A stretch of 64,000 bases of DNA from contig OY769902.1 in assembly GCA_963669175.1 (NCBI GenBank), forward strand, positions 3,712,001-3,776,000. The letters run 5' to 3'. This document shows, in pieces, positions 1 to 10,082 of this stretch (positions are counted from its first letter, which is position 1; each line of letters opens with the position of its first letter). Source of the stretch: a bacterium (GTDB taxonomy: Bacteria; Electryoneota; Electryoneia; Electryoneales; Electryoneaceae). The notes under the pieces are model-generated. The model searched no databases. It was not told the DNA's origin and saw only the letters and a program-made list of their open reading frames with translations. Made by a program: the position numbers and the translations under genes.

Positions 1-291
1 GACATACTGTGTCATCACGACATCGCTGTAGGTATTGATAATGGCGTTGGCGCCGGCACGCTTGGTCAGCGCATCCTTGTACGCAGTCTGGTAGCCGCCA
101 TCGGGGGTCATGACAATCATGCCACCGAACAGGCCGTCAGCATAGGAATAGCCTTCCACCGGTCCCAATACTTCAAACTCGCCGCCTTCATACTCGGTTG
201 CAGACAAGGAACCGTACGGCATGGTCGCCGTACAACCAATCATCAACACCAGCGCCAGCAATGCCAGCGGCAGTAACAGCTTCTTGACCAT
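1..291 (-). CDS. Putative lipoprotein, partial (runs off the window edge)
   Basis: Own translation from ATG at 291: MVKKLLLPLALLALVLMIGC..., a signal peptide with lipobox-like Cys; open to position 1. Confidence 0.7.
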   Translation of the reverse strand, partial: MVKKLLLPLALLALVLMIGCTATMPYGSLSATEYEGGEFEVLGPVEGYSYADGLFGGMIVMTPDGGYQTAYKDALTKRAGANAIINTYSDVVMTQYV

Positions 292-562
292 TCTTTTCTC
301 CCTCTTTGTGTGTTAATCCCCAGAACACTTTGTGGGTGCTTCACCTGCATCAAACTATTGAATGTACGGTTTCGGACAATTCACAACAATTAGGCAACCC
401 AAAATTCCTGAACTCTCGCGGAACTCTTACTCATCGCATTTGCCACCGATACACGAAGGTTGTACTTTCATTTCAACAAAACAATCACCGCTTGCAGTCG
501 TCTCCATGGCTGCATAAGCACAATACGGTTACCCTGACCGCATTCCAGAGGGAGTACACATC

Positions 563-2599
563 ATGCGCAACCTGTCCCTGATCACCTTGTTTGTCCTGGT
601 TCTGACCGTTGCCGCTTTCGGGCAGACTGTCGAACGCACCCACGATATTGTACCGGAAGATTACTTCACCCAGGTGTTCCTGTCTGATGTGGACGTCTCC
701 CCTGATGGCAAACTGACGGCGTTTGTTGACTATCGCTGGGATGAAGAATATGATCGACGGTCGCGCGACCTCTGGGTTGTCGACAACACCACGAAAGAAA
801 CGTTGCGCCTGACCTTTGATCCTCGCAACGAAGTTAACCCGCAGTGGACTCCCGACAGCAAGCAGCTCTATTTCGTTGGCCATTACAAGTTGGCAAACGC
901 TACCGAGCCGCCCTATGACGGTTCAGCCCAGGTCTGGCGCATCAATGCTGATGGTACCGAACTGACACCGATTACCCGCATCCCGGATGGTATCTACGAT
1001 TTCCAGCTTTCCGCCGATGGCAAGACCATCTATTACACACGCACCAAAGAGCATCTTATTGACGAGTGGAAATCGCTGCGTTCCCAGTACAAGAACAGCC
1101 TCGTTTTCGGACATGGCATCTATGAAGTCTCGGAACTGTGGAAACTGAGCCTCGTGGATTGGCGTAGTGATTTGCTGCTGGACCCGACGCTTCATATTCA
1201 TGAGTTTGCCGTATCTCCCGATGAATCCCAGATCGTCATGATCACCACGGTTGACGGCGAGTCTGTCACCGGTGAAGGCTGGTCGAACGTCCGTATGCTG
1301 ACTACAAAAACCGGTGAATTCACCCTGCTGCCAGACAAGATATTCCGTGAAGACGCCCACTGCCCCCACGGCTGGCTGGGTGGACTGACCTGGACCGACG
1401 ACGGGGCGCGCTTTGCGTTTACCGTAGACTTTGACGGTTACCCCTCAGAGATCCTGGTCGCGGATGTTTCCGGCGGCGCAAAAAATGTGAAGATGAAACA
1501 GTTGATTCGTCCCGATGAAGCGAGCTGTTCCGGTGGCCTGAGCTGGCAGCCCGGTACGCATAACCTCGGCTTCAAGGCAGACCTGCGCGCGCGGCAACGT
1601 GTCTGCGTGATCAACACCGATGACGGCAGCAGTAAAACCCTTACCCCAGGCGATGTTGTCATTGACGGCTATTCTTTCATCGGTAACAAAGGCGCGCTGC
1701 TAGCGATTCAAAGCACCACCACCTATTACCAGGACCTGATCTATTGGGATCGTAAAGGCAAGCAGGAACGTCTGACTCACCTGAACCCGCAGGTCGATAC
1801 CTGGAAACTGCCGCAGATTTCCATCTTCAGTTGGATCGGCGCGGATGGCGACACGGTGCAGGGAAAACTGGAACTGCCGCCGGACTATGACGGTGAAGGC
1901 AACCTGCCGTTGCTGGTCAGCCTGCACGGCGGCCCGACCGACGCAGACCGTTACAGCTTCCTGCTCTGGATGTATGGCCACGCTGCCTATGCCGCCAAGG
2001 GCTACGCCATGCTCGCCCCGAACTACCGTGGCTCAACCGGTTACGGTGATGACTTCCTGACTGACCTGATCGGCCACGAAAACAACTGGGATGTTATCGA
2101 TATCATGACCGGAGTGGACGCCCTGATCGAACAGGGGATTGTCGATCCGGAACGTATGGGTGTGACCGGCTGGAGTAACGGCGGCTTCCTGACCAACTGC
2201 CTGATCGCCAGCAACCGTTTCAAGGCGGCCTCCTCCGGCGCGGGCGTACTGGATATGGCAGTCCAGGTGCTGGAAGAAGACACCCCGGGCCACGTGATTA
2301 ACTACATGGAAGGCCTGCCCTGGGAAAAACCGGAAGAATACCAGGCCGCCAGCCCGTTGTACGGCTTCCATGACGGCATCACAACCAATGTCCTGATCCA
2401 TTGCGGCGAGAACGATCCGCGTGTACCTGTCACCCACGCCAAGGGCCTGCACCGTATGCTGACTCGCTACCTGGGCGTCAACTGCGAACTGGTCATCTAC
2501 CCCGGCGCCGGACACAACCTGACCAAGTACAGCCAACGACTTGCGAAAGTACGGTGGGACCATGCGTGGTTTGATAAGTATGTGCTGGGAGAGGAGTAA
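563..2599 (+). CDS. S9 family peptidase (acylaminoacyl/dipeptidyl peptidase-like)
   Basis: Signal peptide, beta-propeller repeats (SPDG), HGGP, PNYRGS, GWSNGG nucleophile motif, D and H of triad. Confidence 0.93.
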   Translation: MRNLSLITLFVLVLTVAAFGQTVERTHDIVPEDYFTQVFLSDVDVSPDGKLTAFVDYRWDEEYDRRSRDLWVVDNTTKETLRLTFDPRNEVNPQWTPDSKQLYFVGHYKLANATEPPYDGSAQVWRINADGTELTPITRIPDGIYDFQLSADGKTIYYTRTKEHLIDEWKSLRSQYKNSLVFGHGIYEVSELWKLSLVDWRSDLLLDPTLHIHEFAVSPDESQIVMITTVDGESVTGEGWSNVRMLTTKTGEFTLLPDKIFREDAHCPHGWLGGLTWTDDGARFAFTVDFDGYPSEILVADVSGGAKNVKMKQLIRPDEASCSGGLSWQPGTHNLGFKADLRARQRVCVINTDDGSSKTLTPGDVVIDGYSFIGNKGALLAIQSTTTYYQDLIYWDRKGKQERLTHLNPQVDTWKLPQISIFSWIGADGDTVQGKLELPPDYDGEGNLPLLVSLHGGPTDADRYSFLLWMYGHAAYAAKGYAMLAPNYRGSTGYGDDFLTDLIGHENNWDVIDIMTGVDALIEQGIVDPERMGVTGWSNGGFLTNCLIASNRFKAASSGAGVLDMAVQVLEEDTPGHVINYMEGLPWEKPEEYQAASPLYGFHDGITTNVLIHCGENDPRVPVTHAKGLHRMLTRYLGVNCELVIYPGAGHNLTKYSQRLAKVRWDHAWFDKYVLGEE

Positions 2600-2600
2600 T

Positions 2601-2666
2601 TAATTAGGAATTAGGAATTAGGAATTAGGAATTAGGTATTAGGTATTAGGTATTAGGAATTGGAAT
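2601..2666 (+). repeat. Heptamer tandem repeat (ATTAGGA/ATTAGGT)n, ~9 units
   Basis: Directly visible just after the peptidase stop codon. Confidence 0.9.
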
Positions 2667-2728
2667 CAGTGCGCAAGATTGAGGTTTTGCATTCTTGATC
2701 CTTCGTAGTATCTGAAGGAAAACCAACA

Positions 2729-2767
2729 TGCACAACCTGTTGTCCTGATGACAGTGGGTTGTGCATT
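2729..2767. terminator. Hairpin between convergent genes, likely terminator
   Basis: ATGCACAACC...GGTTGTGCAT inverted repeat. Confidence 0.55.
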
Positions 2768-2802
2768 TGTATTTACAGTGCTACTCGGGGAATCCCCACA
2801 TG

Positions 2803-3180
2803 CTACGCAACCTTCAGATCTTTCTTCGTAATCAGCAGTTCGACCGGAATCAGGAACGCTTCATGCAGGCGTTGAATCATGCTAAGTGAAAGCTGACGTT
2901 TCCCATTCAGAACCTCCGATACCTTCGAAGCAGATCCGAGATATGGCGCCAGATCTTTCTGTTGCAGGTCATGTTGCTCCATGATGAAGTGCAGGAGATC
3001 AATGGGGGTGACATCATCGTGTGGAAAGGCTTCACGTTCATACTGATCAATCAATAGCGCGAGAAGCTCCAGATCATCGTACTCCTTGGTTCCCTCTTCA
3101 GGGTTCAAGTCCATCAAGCGATCAAGTTCAGCGATCGCTTCATCGTGGTCCTGTTCAGTTTTTAACACTCGAATGCGCAT
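2803..3180 (-). CDS. higA: HigA-family antitoxin / HTH transcriptional regulator
   Basis: 'LELLALLIDQYE' N-terminal region plus XRE-type HTH 'QKDLAPYLGSASKVSEVLNGKRQLS'. Confidence 0.85.
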   Translation of the reverse strand: MRIRVLKTEQDHDEAIAELDRLMDLNPEEGTKEYDDLELLALLIDQYEREAFPHDDVTPIDLLHFIMEQHDLQQKDLAPYLGSASKVSEVLNGKRQLSLSMIQRLHEAFLIPVELLITKKDLKVA

Positions 3181-3203
3181 CTTTCACCACAACAGTCAAT
3201 TCT

Positions 3204-4160
3204 TTACTCTTTACCATATGGTCCCAAGAATCTATCCCCATCAAAATGAATAAGATGCGAGGGTGCATCCGCCACCCACACTTCAGTTTCCCAGGCGATA
3301 TCGGCAAGATAGCGAGCCATTGTGGTTCGATTGGGAAAAGCCGTAACATAGACCAGCCCTGCCTCAACACCAGTAAAAAGTTGTTCCAATTCAACATGCC
3401 GTTTCGCATCAACAGGGCCATGACTGGTTACCGCTTCTATCAGAAACAACCAGTTACGCTCAGTATCATAGAGAATAACGTCCGGCATTTTACCATGTTC
3501 ATCAACGGTGACACCCAATTTCTTCAAAGCCGCATTTTCGAAAATCCCCAGCTTTGAACCGGTATCCCCCGCGTATAGCAATTGGCTACCAGATGCAAAA
3601 CGCGGCCCAAATACTTCGATAATGTTCTTTATCAATTCACTGTGTTCGCCAGGTGTTAAACGTACTATTTCCCCAAGTGGTGTTGTTACAGGAATCATCT
3701 CCTGCTCGCGAATTTTTGCATATTTTTCAGCCAGACTCGCCTGATTTTCCTTATACTCCACCAAACTTGCTAGCCATGCTTTTGTTTTATATTGCTTTAA
3801 AAGCTGAAGCACTTCTGGTGATATTTGGTAGACCGTATGTGGACTATTGACAGGACGTGCGGCCTCATCAGGATTTATCACTGCGATTCCAGCCTGTACA
3901 AACTGATGCATGGTCTGTCGTCGAATTGTCTCGCGGGTATTGGGAGCATATACTACTTTATAGTACTTCTTTATCCAATCCATTATTGGCGTTATCCCCA
4001 TTAGAGGATCCTCTAGCTCAGACCATTGCTTGTCACGTGTGAGATTCAAGAGAGCAAGCAGGCACAAAGCAGAACGATCATTCTGTTGTTCTTTTGGCAA
4101 ATCAAGATCTTTAAGAACGAGCAAAGCCTCATTGACAACCGTTTTAATCTGTCTCGGCAT
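3204..4160 (-). CDS. BsuBI/PstI family type II restriction endonuclease
   Basis: YAPNTRETIRRQTMHQF, HGKMPD, LIEAVTSHGP, IAWETEVW motifs typical of the family. Confidence 0.92.
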   Translation of the reverse strand: MPRQIKTVVNEALLVLKDLDLPKEQQNDRSALCLLALLNLTRDKQWSELEDPLMGITPIMDWIKKYYKVVYAPNTRETIRRQTMHQFVQAGIAVINPDEAARPVNSPHTVYQISPEVLQLLKQYKTKAWLASLVEYKENQASLAEKYAKIREQEMIPVTTPLGEIVRLTPGEHSELIKNIIEVFGPRFASGSQLLYAGDTGSKLGIFENAALKKLGVTVDEHGKMPDVILYDTERNWLFLIEAVTSHGPVDAKRHVELEQLFTGVEAGLVYVTAFPNRTTMARYLADIAWETEVWVADAPSHLIHFDGDRFLGPYGKE

Positions 4161-5694
4161 TACATGTCTCCTCTACGTATTTATCAACTAATTCCTGAGT
4201 TGTGACTAATGAGCCCGGTACTTTTTTTCCCAATTTTTGTAGCTGGTCAAGGCTCGGGTATTTCATATTCCGCAAGTCAGTTGCATTGACTTGAGTGTGT
4301 CCATTGAAACTTCTGAAAGCCTGATCAAAATATGTAGAGTTTAGAAATAACATCAAGCCTTTTACAAGATTCAAATCCAATCCTCTTTTATTCCAATGAA
4401 ATACATTCAAATGGTTTTCAAAACCCAAATACTTGTAATCGGGGAAATTTTCAGGCTGTACTATACTTGCTACTACTCTCCGCTTCTCCTCTTTTGAAGA
4501 GAATCTTCTTACAACACAATAATTACCAGTAGGGAAAAGCCATTTCCGAGTTTCATCATTAAGCGCAATAGCATTAGCTTTTTTCAAATCCGGATTGGGC
4601 CATACAACTTTCTCTTTGAAGTGACCTGGATATAGTAGCGGAATCGCAGTAGCGTCCGGCATGGATTGCAGGTGTTTTTTCATGCGGAAATCCACTACCG
4701 GTCCAGTTGAAACCTGCACGCCAATATCCTGCAATGAATGATGGTACTTTTTTAATCTATTGGAATTCAGATTTTTGTCTATTGGAATATGGATGAATTT
4801 TTCTTCATCTTCAGAGCTGATAATATCTTCGTAATTGAATTGTCTAACATCCAAATCTGAAAAACGATCATCACTGGATGTAGATATTTTTACAGTCTCC
4901 TTGATATTACTTTTCTGAAGCATGATAACAATATTTTCCTGCAACACATCATCATCTTTAAATGCTTTTTTGCGCGAATTAAAAATATGTATATGTCTTA
5001 TCACTGAACATGAAATCAATTGATTCCTGAAAGGTTTATAATAGGGCCCATTACAAAAACTCCTGGGAACTATTGCAACCATATATCCAGATTCAGATAA
5101 TAATCCCAGCGCAAGCGCCATAAAAGCAGTATACAGGTTTACTGTTTCAATGCCAGCTCTACTCAATGCTTTTCTATATAATGAATTAGAACGTATCTTT
5201 TTGTATGGAGGGTTCATTATCACATGAGAATAAGTTTTATGATTTTCAGCAAATAAATCAGCTTCTAAAACACTTGAGGCATAATAAACAAAATCTTCTA
5301 ATATTATATTTGCTTCTATATTACTGTTAATATTAAACATATTATAGCTACTCTCTAGATAAGGGGTGAGTCGCTTATCCAGTTCGAAAGCATCCACGCT
5401 GATTTCATTCGATCCCTGGTTGACATCATGCCATTTTTCCAGAAAAGCCGCAGACAGCGAACCAATACCAGCCCCTGGATCGAGCAAACCAGTATTCATT
5501 TTCAATGATTCTTCAGGGAACAATCCGGCCATAAATCTCGCTATATGAACGGGTGTAAAATACTGCCCCAGACTCGATTTATGTTTCGCGTCGGTTGTCC
5601 TTGCAACTGCAATTCGTGAATGTTCTATCCCAGATAACAATGAGGTCTCCAGCTTGTGTTTTCCCAATATACGCTTTATCAGGCTGACAGCCAA
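4144..5694 (-). CDS. N6-adenine DNA methyltransferase (BsuBI/PstI/Eco57I-like); start uncertain
   Basis: GQYFTP, LDPGAGIG (SAM-binding), NPPY catalytic motif; overlaps REase start; AT-rich. Confidence 0.92.
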   Translation of the reverse strand: MAVSLIKRILGKHKLETSLLSGIEHSRIAVARTTDAKHKSSLGQYFTPVHIARFMAGLFPEESLKMNTGLLDPGAGIGSLSAAFLEKWHDVNQGSNEISVDAFELDKRLTPYLESSYNMFNINSNIEANIILEDFVYYASSVLEADLFAENHKTYSHVIMNPPYKKIRSNSLYRKALSRAGIETVNLYTAFMALALGLLSESGYMVAIVPRSFCNGPYYKPFRNQLISCSVIRHIHIFNSRKKAFKDDDVLQENIVIMLQKSNIKETVKISTSSDDRFSDLDVRQFNYEDIISSEDEEKFIHIPIDKNLNSNRLKKYHHSLQDIGVQVSTGPVVDFRMKKHLQSMPDATAIPLLYPGHFKEKVVWPNPDLKKANAIALNDETRKWLFPTGNYCVVRRFSSKEEKRRVVASIVQPENFPDYKYLGFENHLNVFHWNKRGLDLNLVKGLMLFLNSTYFDQAFRSFNGHTQVNATDLRNMKYPSLDQLQKLGKKVPGSLVTTQELVDKYVEETCNAETD

Positions 5695-5725
5695 ATAAAC
5701 AGTAGTTCTTTTATTTTCATATTAT

Positions 5726-6517
5726 TCAATCCTCAAGAAGGACTTTCGCTTCCACTACCCTCCCCCGCCAATATTCCCATTCCCCCTCTTCTTTTTCGAA
5801 GGTCATGACGGCTCTGAAGGGGATACGCATGCCGTTCATGAACCGGTAATCGGAATAGTCTACGCGCCAGGGGGATTCTTCGTAACCGTCGGGGACATCA
5901 TAGGGACGGAATGCGCTCCAGGCACGGACGATCTCGCCGGTCTCGTTCACATCAAAACGGATGGTGATGCCGCGTTCCGGCTTGGCATAGTGCAGTTCGA
6001 AGGAGGTGTCGTTTACAGCGGTGAAGGTCATGTCCGGATTGAAGATAAGCACACGCGCTACCCAGGGCAGTTCGGCCAGGTTGCGGACGAGTTGTGTGGT
6101 CAGGACTTCCGGATCGGTACGTTTGCCCATGGGAATCCAGCCCCACAGCTTCGCGCCGCCCCAGCCTTGACCGTCACGGTGGCCGTCACTCGCTACAACC
6201 GTCATCACCGAGTTCAGCTTCAGTTTCGCCGTCCATTCAAAGGCCAGCGGGGATGCTTCGTAGATGCCCTCAGCAGTGAAGGGTGTCCAGTTACCACGGA
6301 TGTCCATCTCCCCTTCCTGGATCAGACGGATCGTTGCTGCAGCGCCCTGTTCATCCGAAAGGCAATGCTCCATCCAACGCTGCATCGCTTCAGGGTAAAC
6401 GCTGGTCGAATCGGTCATGGTTACATCTGTGTTTGAGGTTGGTTGCTTGGCGCTGGTACTAAAAGTCATATACACCAGAAGAAGAATCGGTACATATCGA
6501 AGGACGCGAATGGACAT
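5726..6517 (-). CDS. Hypothetical exported protein (DUF6544-like)
   Basis: Signal peptide; 'LAELPW' and C-terminal 'YR..NGMRIP' pattern. Confidence 0.6.
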   Translation of the reverse strand: MSIRVLRYVPILLLVYMTFSTSAKQPTSNTDVTMTDSTSVYPEAMQRWMEHCLSDEQGAAATIRLIQEGEMDIRGNWTPFTAEGIYEASPLAFEWTAKLKLNSVMTVVASDGHRDGQGWGGAKLWGWIPMGKRTDPEVLTTQLVRNLAELPWVARVLIFNPDMTFTAVNDTSFELHYAKPERGITIRFDVNETGEIVRAWSAFRPYDVPDGYEESPWRVDYSDYRFMNGMRIPFRAVMTFEKEEGEWEYWRGRVVEAKVLLED

Positions 6518-6775
6518 GTCTTTTTCCCCTGAAAAACAGTCTCACGCAAAGACGCGAAGTCGCAAAGAAAAAAATGAAAGAAAATATTATAAAAGAATTC
6601 TTAATGCTAAAGCTATACTATTCGCGTCAATAATGTCATGTTGTCATGCAAATAAGGCTGATCAATTCCACTAAAAGAAAAAAAGATGCCCAAGATTAGT
6701 AATTTTGTATTTCATAAAACTTCAATTATTATTCTCTAACCTATATCCAAATCAAGTAATACATAATCATTTCTT

Positions 6776-6901
6776 TATCCTTTCCATCCTTCACATCCTT
6801 GCCATCCTGTAAATTCAACATCCCATGAATTCGGCATCCTGTTCATTCTTACTCATCCTGTCAATCCTGTAAATTCAAATCTTGTCAATCTTGTAAATCC
6901 A
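6776..6901. repeat. Degenerate short repeats (CATCCTG / ATCCTGTAAATTC) overlapping the radical SAM 3' end
   Basis: ATCCTGTAAATTCAA occurs twice among ~10 ATCCT/ATCTT units. Confidence 0.6.
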
Positions 6902-7826
6902 ACCGTGAGTAGCTGTAGGCGTCCAGTTCGCATGCACATTCCCGGTCCAGCGCGGATACATACTGCCCGCAGTTACTTCCGATCTGGTTCTCTTCCAGTT
7001 CACCGATGCTGACCAGCACGTCATACCCGGCTTGTCGCAGCTCATCTGTCAGCGTACCTATCTCCGCCTCACCTTTCAAACCATTGGCAACCTTATGTTG
7101 CTGCGCACGGAAGGTTGGGTTGATCGGCGTCAGCTTGATATGAAACAGGCTTGGATCAAACAGCTCAAGTAGTTCTTCCGCACTCAACCGCACATCCTCA
7201 GTCAAAGCGAAGTTCAGCGAGGTTTTGCGTCCTCCCTGTACATGAAATGCTCGAGCGTAGTCCACAATCTGCTGTGGGATCCAGGTTTTGACCGGAACCA
7301 GCTTCTTCCGTGCCTCCCAGTCCAGTGTGTGAATGGAGAACTGGAGCTGAAATTGGATGGGATAGAGTTCATGACGAATACGCAACAGCTCTTCAAAGAA
7401 AAGCTCACGTCCCATCGGCGCTACGGTTGAAATGCAGGGCATCAGGGCGGGATTGGGATAGCGCTGTGGTAATTCACGCAACACATCCAGCACTGCCGGA
7501 TTCAAAGCGGGCTCGCCCATCCGGGCAAACTGGATTTTCCAGAACTTTGATGCGGGTATGCTATCGCCAAAGCGATATCGTACCAGCGTATCGATCTGGG
7601 CGAACAGTTCATCTTTACTGACAGGCCCTTCGTAATGCCCACCCGCATCGCAGAACAGGCATCCTACCGGGCAGCCGTAGGATGTGGAAATGATATTCAC
7701 CCACTTTTCGCTACGAGTGCGTGGCGGTTGCACCGATTCCACAAATTCCAAGCGTTTACCATGCTCGTTTTCCCCAACGAACACAGTCGCCAGATCATCT
7801 TTACCAAAGTGTGACAGTATGTTCAA
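6885..7826 (-). CDS. Radical SAM protein, RlmN/Cfr-like
   Basis: CPVGCLFC cluster motif, MGEP motif, C-terminal IGSNCGQ (cf. RlmN IxAACGQL). Confidence 0.85.
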   Translation of the reverse strand: MNILSHFGKDDLATVFVGENEHGKRLEFVESVQPPRTRSEKWVNIISTSYGCPVGCLFCDAGGHYEGPVSKDELFAQIDTLVRYRFGDSIPASKFWKIQFARMGEPALNPAVLDVLRELPQRYPNPALMPCISTVAPMGRELFFEELLRIRHELYPIQFQLQFSIHTLDWEARKKLVPVKTWIPQQIVDYARAFHVQGGRKTSLNFALTEDVRLSAEELLELFDPSLFHIKLTPINPTFRAQQHKVANGLKGEAEIGTLTDELRQAGYDVLVSIGELEENQIGSNCGQYVSALDRECACELDAYSYSRLDLQD

Positions 7827-8719
7827 GAGTGGTTCCGCTCTCGCATGTGTGTTTCAATCTGCATGGCCGCTTTGATGCCATCACCCACCGCGATGGCAGT
7901 CTGACGATAGCGTCCCTGCACCATATCACCGATCATGTGCAGGCGGCCTTCACGATGCAACTCATCCAGCCTGTCCTTCACGGAAGCCCCAAGATAAGGC
8001 ATGGTTACCGTTCTTCCCACAGCCGCGAGAATAAAGTCAACCGTTTCCTGAACCGGTAAGGACTGATCCTGAATGCGCCAGGTCAACCGGATATTATCCA
8101 TAAACGATTCAACACAATCCAGCGTCCGGTTGGTTCGGAGTTGTATGCTGGAGTTGCTTTTCACACGTTCCCGCAGCAGCGGCAGGCAACGAGATCGGTC
8201 CGTGCGCATGTTAATCGTAACCTGGTTTTTCGCCGCAAGGTTCAAGGCGTAATCAAATGCCGCGTCGCCACTGCCAAGAATCGCGATTTTCTTTCCGGAC
8301 ACGATATTCAGATCAACTACTTCCGTGAAGCAGTGCTTACGAGCCAGTGCTTTCCAGCCTCGCACCTGTGGGATAGTAGCTGTGGTTCCGGTTGCGAGGA
8401 TCAGGTAATCACTTTCCATCTCACAGGAATTGGTAATCGTACGGAACTCGAAGTCGGTAAATTCAACCTGTTCAACAGTCTGCTTTTGTACTTCAATACC
8501 AAGCGCTTGCAGGTGTTTCTGCATCTGAGCGACCAGACCGTGACCGGGAATTCCTTTCGGAAAACCGGGATAATTTTCGACCAGGTTGGCATTGTTCAAC
8601 AGGCCGCCAACACGCTTTTTTTCCAGCAACAGAAACGGTATCCCGGTTCGTTTCAACTGGATGGCTGCGGCAATTCCAGCCGGACCGGCCCCGACAATGA
8701 CAACCTTAACCTGGCTCAT
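7823..8719 (-). CDS. NAD(P)/FAD-dependent oxidoreductase (thioredoxin-reductase-like, no CxxC)
   Basis: GAGPAG, ENYPGF, ILATG, GSGDAA, IGD motifs. Confidence 0.85.
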   Translation of the reverse strand: MSQVKVVIVGAGPAGIAAAIQLKRTGIPFLLLEKKRVGGLLNNANLVENYPGFPKGIPGHGLVAQMQKHLQALGIEVQKQTVEQVEFTDFEFRTITNSCEMESDYLILATGTTATIPQVRGWKALARKHCFTEVVDLNIVSGKKIAILGSGDAAFDYALNLAAKNQVTINMRTDRSRCLPLLRERVKSNSSIQLRTNRTLDCVESFMDNIRLTWRIQDQSLPVQETVDFILAAVGRTVTMPYLGASVKDRLDELHREGRLHMIGDMVQGRYRQTAIAVGDGIKAAMQIETHMRERNHS

Positions 8720-9402
8720 GGTTTTGCCTGCAACGCAGCAATCACATCATCGACAAAGCCGATCCGTGCAAAACCATGCGCCAAGCCACGCAAGCTGCCA
8801 ACATGCAGCTCTTCCGAATAGGTAGCTGTGCCGTCAGCAAGGAATACGACATCGAACCCACGCATGAATGCGGAGCGTGCGGTTGTCTCACAACAGAGGT
8901 GCGTCATCACTCCCGAGATCAGCAGGGTTATCTTTTTATTGTACTTAAAGTAACACTCGAGACCAGTGCTGAAAAATATGTCATATCTTGATTTTACAAC
9001 CTCACGATCAAATATAATATCGTCATCCGGCAGCGCTGATCCCGCCAGAGGATGATCCTGTGAAATGATCTCCCGCCACCAGGTCGCCATGTTACCGGCG
9101 TCCTCAAGCGTATTGATATGTCGTGTGGAGATGACCGGGACTCCGGCCTGATTACACGCTTTTGCCAATGCAGTGATGTTTTCTCGAACAAATGGCGCTG
9201 AGGGCACGAAGGCATGCGATTCCGGCTCAAGGAAATAGCGTTGCATGTCCAGAACTAACAATGCAGTCTTCGACGGGTTTAAGCCAAAGTCTCCCTGTCG
9301 GCGGACTTGCTCTACGGCTTCACGCCACTCTAAACGCTTTTGTGATGCGTTTTCTGCGGTCAGGTAGTCTTGTTTGTGCATGACGAAAAAAGCCCGAGAC
9401 AC
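8716..9402 (-). CDS. Isochorismatase-family cysteine hydrolase
   Basis: LLVLDMQRYF, K, GVMTHLCCETTARSA (D-K-C triad). Confidence 0.88.
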   Translation of the reverse strand: MSRAFFVMHKQDYLTAENASQKRLEWREAVEQVRRQGDFGLNPSKTALLVLDMQRYFLEPESHAFVPSAPFVRENITALAKACNQAGVPVISTRHINTLEDAGNMATWWREIISQDHPLAGSALPDDDIIFDREVVKSRYDIFFSTGLECYFKYNKKITLLISGVMTHLCCETTARSAFMRGFDVVFLADGTATYSEELHVGSLRGLAHGFARIGFVDDVIAALQAKP

Positions 9403-9439
9403 ACGGCCCCAGGCTCCTGGTTTCTTTTCAGGTCAACAC

Positions 9440-9928
9440 TTAGACAAAGGTTTTCACCAGTTCTTTGTGCAATCCATCCAGTTCGCTGTAAGCTCTGTTG
9501 ATCTGGTCAATCTTGTCTTTCAACAACTTCATCAGTTGCTTCTTCTCGATGCCATTCCGCAGGATTAGCAACAGGTCGTCATTTTCCCAAGGCTTTTCGA
9601 TATACTGGAACAGGCCGACCTCGTTGATCGCCTTTATCGCATTTTCCTTATCCGCGTAACCGGTCAGGATCACACGAGGCACTTCCGGTTGCAGATCTCG
9701 AACTTTGCCCAGGAACGAAATGCCATCCATTTCCGGCATCAGATAGTCGGAAATGACCACATCAATCTCGTTTTCCCTGATAAACTCCAGCGCATCCCTG
9801 GCGGATTCGTAAGTGACTACGTTGTAATCGGTTTGAAGCGACAGGAATGCACGAATGCTGGACAGCACCATCTCTTCGTCATCAACGATCACAATTGTCA
9901 CATCTTCATCGGCCATCTTTATCTCCAT
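9440..9928 (-). CDS. Response regulator (receiver domain plus short coiled tail)
   Basis: IVDDE, SDYLMPEMDG, LTG, KPW. Confidence 0.92.
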   Translation of the reverse strand: MEIKMADEDVTIVIVDDEEMVLSSIRAFLSLQTDYNVVTYESARDALEFIRENEIDVVISDYLMPEMDGISFLGKVRDLQPEVPRVILTGYADKENAIKAINEVGLFQYIEKPWENDDLLLILRNGIEKKQLMKLLKDKIDQINRAYSELDGLHKELVKTFV

Positions 9929-10082
9929 CCATCATCTGTATGCAGTACACGCGAGGTGTGTCGTATCAGCCGCACTTGCTCTTTGTCCCAGAAGATACAT
10001 AAAAACGTGATCCCGAGCACCCCTCAAAACAAGAAGCAGGAGAACCTCCATCATCAGGCTACTGATATCATCCTGAGAAGCA

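Noticed and set aside
3181-3203. higB toxin upstream of higA
   Set aside because: Only 23 bp separate higA from the REase, and the overlapping 3155-3421 ORF has no HigB features.
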